Source of the DNA: Squalus acanthias
Lineage: Eukaryota
Direction: 5' to 3'
Assembly: GCA_030390025.1 (NCBI GenBank)
Contig: CM059432.1
Location: 41,480,001 to 41,544,000, forward strand
DNA: 64,000 nt
Shown: positions 61,581 to 64,000 of the stretch, in pieces
Layout of the letters: each line of letters starts with the position of its first letter
Position numbering within the stretch: the stretch's first letter is position 1
Notes under the pieces: model-generated
Database searches by the model: none
What the model was told of the DNA's origin: nothing
What the model saw: only the letters and a program-made list of their open reading frames with translations
Made by a program: the position numbers and the translations under genes

Positions 61581-61970
61581 ATCATAGACTCATACAGCAC
61601 AAGAAGAGACCATTTGTCCCATCGTGCATGTGCTGGCTCTTTGAAGAGCTACCCAATTAGTCCCATTCCCCTGCTCTTTCCTGTAGTCTTGCAAATTTTT
61701 CCGTTTATAATTTCCTTTTGAAAGTTACTTTTGAATCTGCCACTTTTTCAGGCAGTGCATTCCAGATCATAACAACTCGCTACTTAAAAAAAATTCTCCT
61801 CATCTCCCCGCTGGTTCTTTTTCTAATTATTTTAAATCTGTGTCATCTGGTTCCTGACCTTCCTGCCAGTGGAAACAGTTTCTCCTTATTCGCTCTATCT
61901 AAATCCCTTGTAATTTCGAACAACTCTAGTAAATCTTCGCTTAACCTTCTCTTCCCAAAGGAGAACAATG
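61581..61970 (-). mobile_element. CR1 3' fragment
   Basis: Same subfamily tail as 17296-17500. Confidence 0.8.
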
Positions 61971-62234
61971 CCAGTACTGTCTGAATTTAGTGAGTTCATT
62001 TAGAACTACCATTCTGTATGTTCAGATTACTGTGAAATAAGACAGCTTATCAGTTCAAAACAAGCCTAGTCTGACCAAGTGTCTGCTCAATCTGTCTTGA
62101 GAGTGATTGAAGAAGTACACATGCAAAAAACACAAATATCTGGTACAGGGGGGTTCTATTGATACACCCTCAGGTTACGCTATTGTACAAGTAGATATAG
62201 GGCAGTGTGTCAATTTGCACAAAGGGAAAGCATT

Positions 62235-63652
62235 CAGAAAGGAAATTAGGAACACAACAAGAGGGCATGAAAAATATTGGCAAGTAAAATCAAGGATGTT
62301 TTATAAATACATAAAGAAAGAAAGACTTGCATTTATATAGCGCCTTTCACGACCACCGGATGTCTCAAAGCGCTTTACGGCCAATGAAGTACTTTTAAAG
62401 AGCAAGAGAATAACTAAAGAGAGAGTAGGACCTATTAGAGACCAAAAAGGTAACCTGTGTAATGAGGTGGAAGACGTGGGTATGGTTCTTAATGAATACT
62501 TCATGTCTGTCTTCACAAAAGAGAGGGACGATGCATTGTAATTAAGGAGGAGGAGTGTGAAATATTAGATGAGATAAACATAGTGAGTGAGGAAATATTA
62601 AGGGGTTTAGCATCTTTGACAGTAGATAAATCGCAAGGCCCAGACGAAATGTATCCCAGGCTGTTAAGAGAAGCAAGAGAGGAAGTAGTGGAGGCTCTGA
62701 CCATCATTTTCCAATCCTCTCTGGCTACAGGTGTGGTGCCGGAGGACTGGAAGACTGCTAATGTTGTACCGTTGTTTAAAAAGAGAGAAAGGGATAGACC
62801 GAGTAATTACACCTCGGTGGTGGGCAAATTATTGGAAAAAATTCTGAGGGACAGTATTAATCATAATTTAGAAAGGCACGGATTAATCAAGGACAGTCAG
62901 TGTGGATTTGTTAAGGGAAGTCATGTCTGACTAACTTGATTGAACTTTTTGAGGAGGTAATGAGGAGGGCCAATGAGAGTAGCGCATTAAATGTAGTCTA
63001 CAAAGATTTTAGCAAAGCTTTTGACATGGCAGACTGGTCTGAAAAATAAGCAAGCAAAAGTGGCAAGTTGGATCCAAAATTGGCTCAGTGGCAGGAAACA
63101 AAGGGTATGGGTTGAAGGGTGTTTATGTGATTGGAAGGCTGTTTCCAGTGGGGTTCCACAGGGCTCAGTACTAGGTCCCTTGCTTTTTGTGGTATATATC
63201 AATGATTTAGACTTCAATGTAAGTGGCATGATTAAGAAGTTTGCAGATGATACAAAAATTGGCCGTGTGGTTGATAGTGAGGAAGAAAGCTGTAGACTGC
63301 AGGAAGATATCAAGGTGGGCAGAAAAGTGGCAAATGGAATTCAATCTGGAGTGTGAGGTAATGCATTTGTGGAGGGCTAACAAGGCAAGGGAATAAACAA
63401 TAAATGGTAGGATACTGAGAAGTGTAGAAGAACAGAGGGGCCATGGAGTGCGTGTCCACAGATCCCTGAAGGTAGCAGGACAGGTAGATAAGGTGATTAA
63501 GAAGGCATACAGGATACTTTCCTTTATTAGCTGAGGCATAGAATATAAGAGCAGGGAGGTTATGCTTGAACTGTATAAAACACTAGTTAGGCCACAGCTA
63601 GAGTACGGTGTACAGTTCTGGTCACCACATTACAGGAAAGATGAGATTGCAC
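62235..63652 (+). mobile_element. Decayed CR1 ORF2 (RT region)
   Basis: KSQGPDEMYPRLL, SGVPQGSVLGP, KFADD; many frameshifts. Confidence 0.9.
62318..62395 (-). mobile_element. Deu-SINE 3' stub inserted in CR1
   Basis: Reverse complement of ~55336-55416; TAAAGA duplicated at 62312 and 62396. Confidence 0.8.
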
Positions 63653-63654
63653 GA

Positions 63655-64000
63655 GAGAAAGAAAGAAAGAAGAAAGAAAGACTTGCATTTATATAGCGCT
63701 TTTCATGACCACCGGATGTCTCAAAGTGCTTTACAGCCAATGAAGTACTTTTTGAAGTGGAGTCACTGTTGTAATGTAGGAAACGCAGCAGCCAATTTGT
63801 GCACAGCAAGGTCCCACAAACAGCAATGTGATAATGACCAGATAATCTGATTTTGTTATGTTGGTTGAGGGATAACTATTGGCCAGGACACCGGGGATAA
63901 CTCCCCTGCTCTTCTTCGAAATAGTGCCGTGGGATCTTTTACGTCCACCTGAGAGAGCAGACAGGGCCTCGGTTTAACGTCTCATCCAAAAGACGGCACC
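63655..64000 (-). mobile_element. Deu-domain SINE, runs off the window end
   Basis: Reverse complement of 55095-55424. Confidence 0.87.

Overview
Repeat-dense vertebrate genomic DNA, most likely from a cartilaginous fish (shark). This is inferred from the repeat set: CR1/HER1-type LINEs, HE1/V-SINEs, Deu-domain SINEs and Penelope-derived fold-backs. No host gene can be identified with confidence, and nearly all listed ORFs are transposon-derived or antisense noise. The main feature is a PIF/Harbinger DNA-transposon system. One element (8044-12284) is nearly intact, with TIRs, an ATT target-site duplication (TSD), a DDE transposase broken by one extra A, and an open three-exon Myb/SANT partner gene. 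Two non-autonomous elements share its ends, three older two-gene copies are decayed, and many MITE-like elements are present. Other points of interest: a TSD-flanked 84-bp-arm fold-back carrying a hammerhead-ribozyme core; deep TE nests; ancient SINE-like relics; an interleaved A-B-A'-B' inverted duplication; and a candidate host promoter near 35.1 kb with possible micro-exons downstream. Repeat family names come from recall of consensus sequences, not database searches. Boundaries of old elements are approximate.
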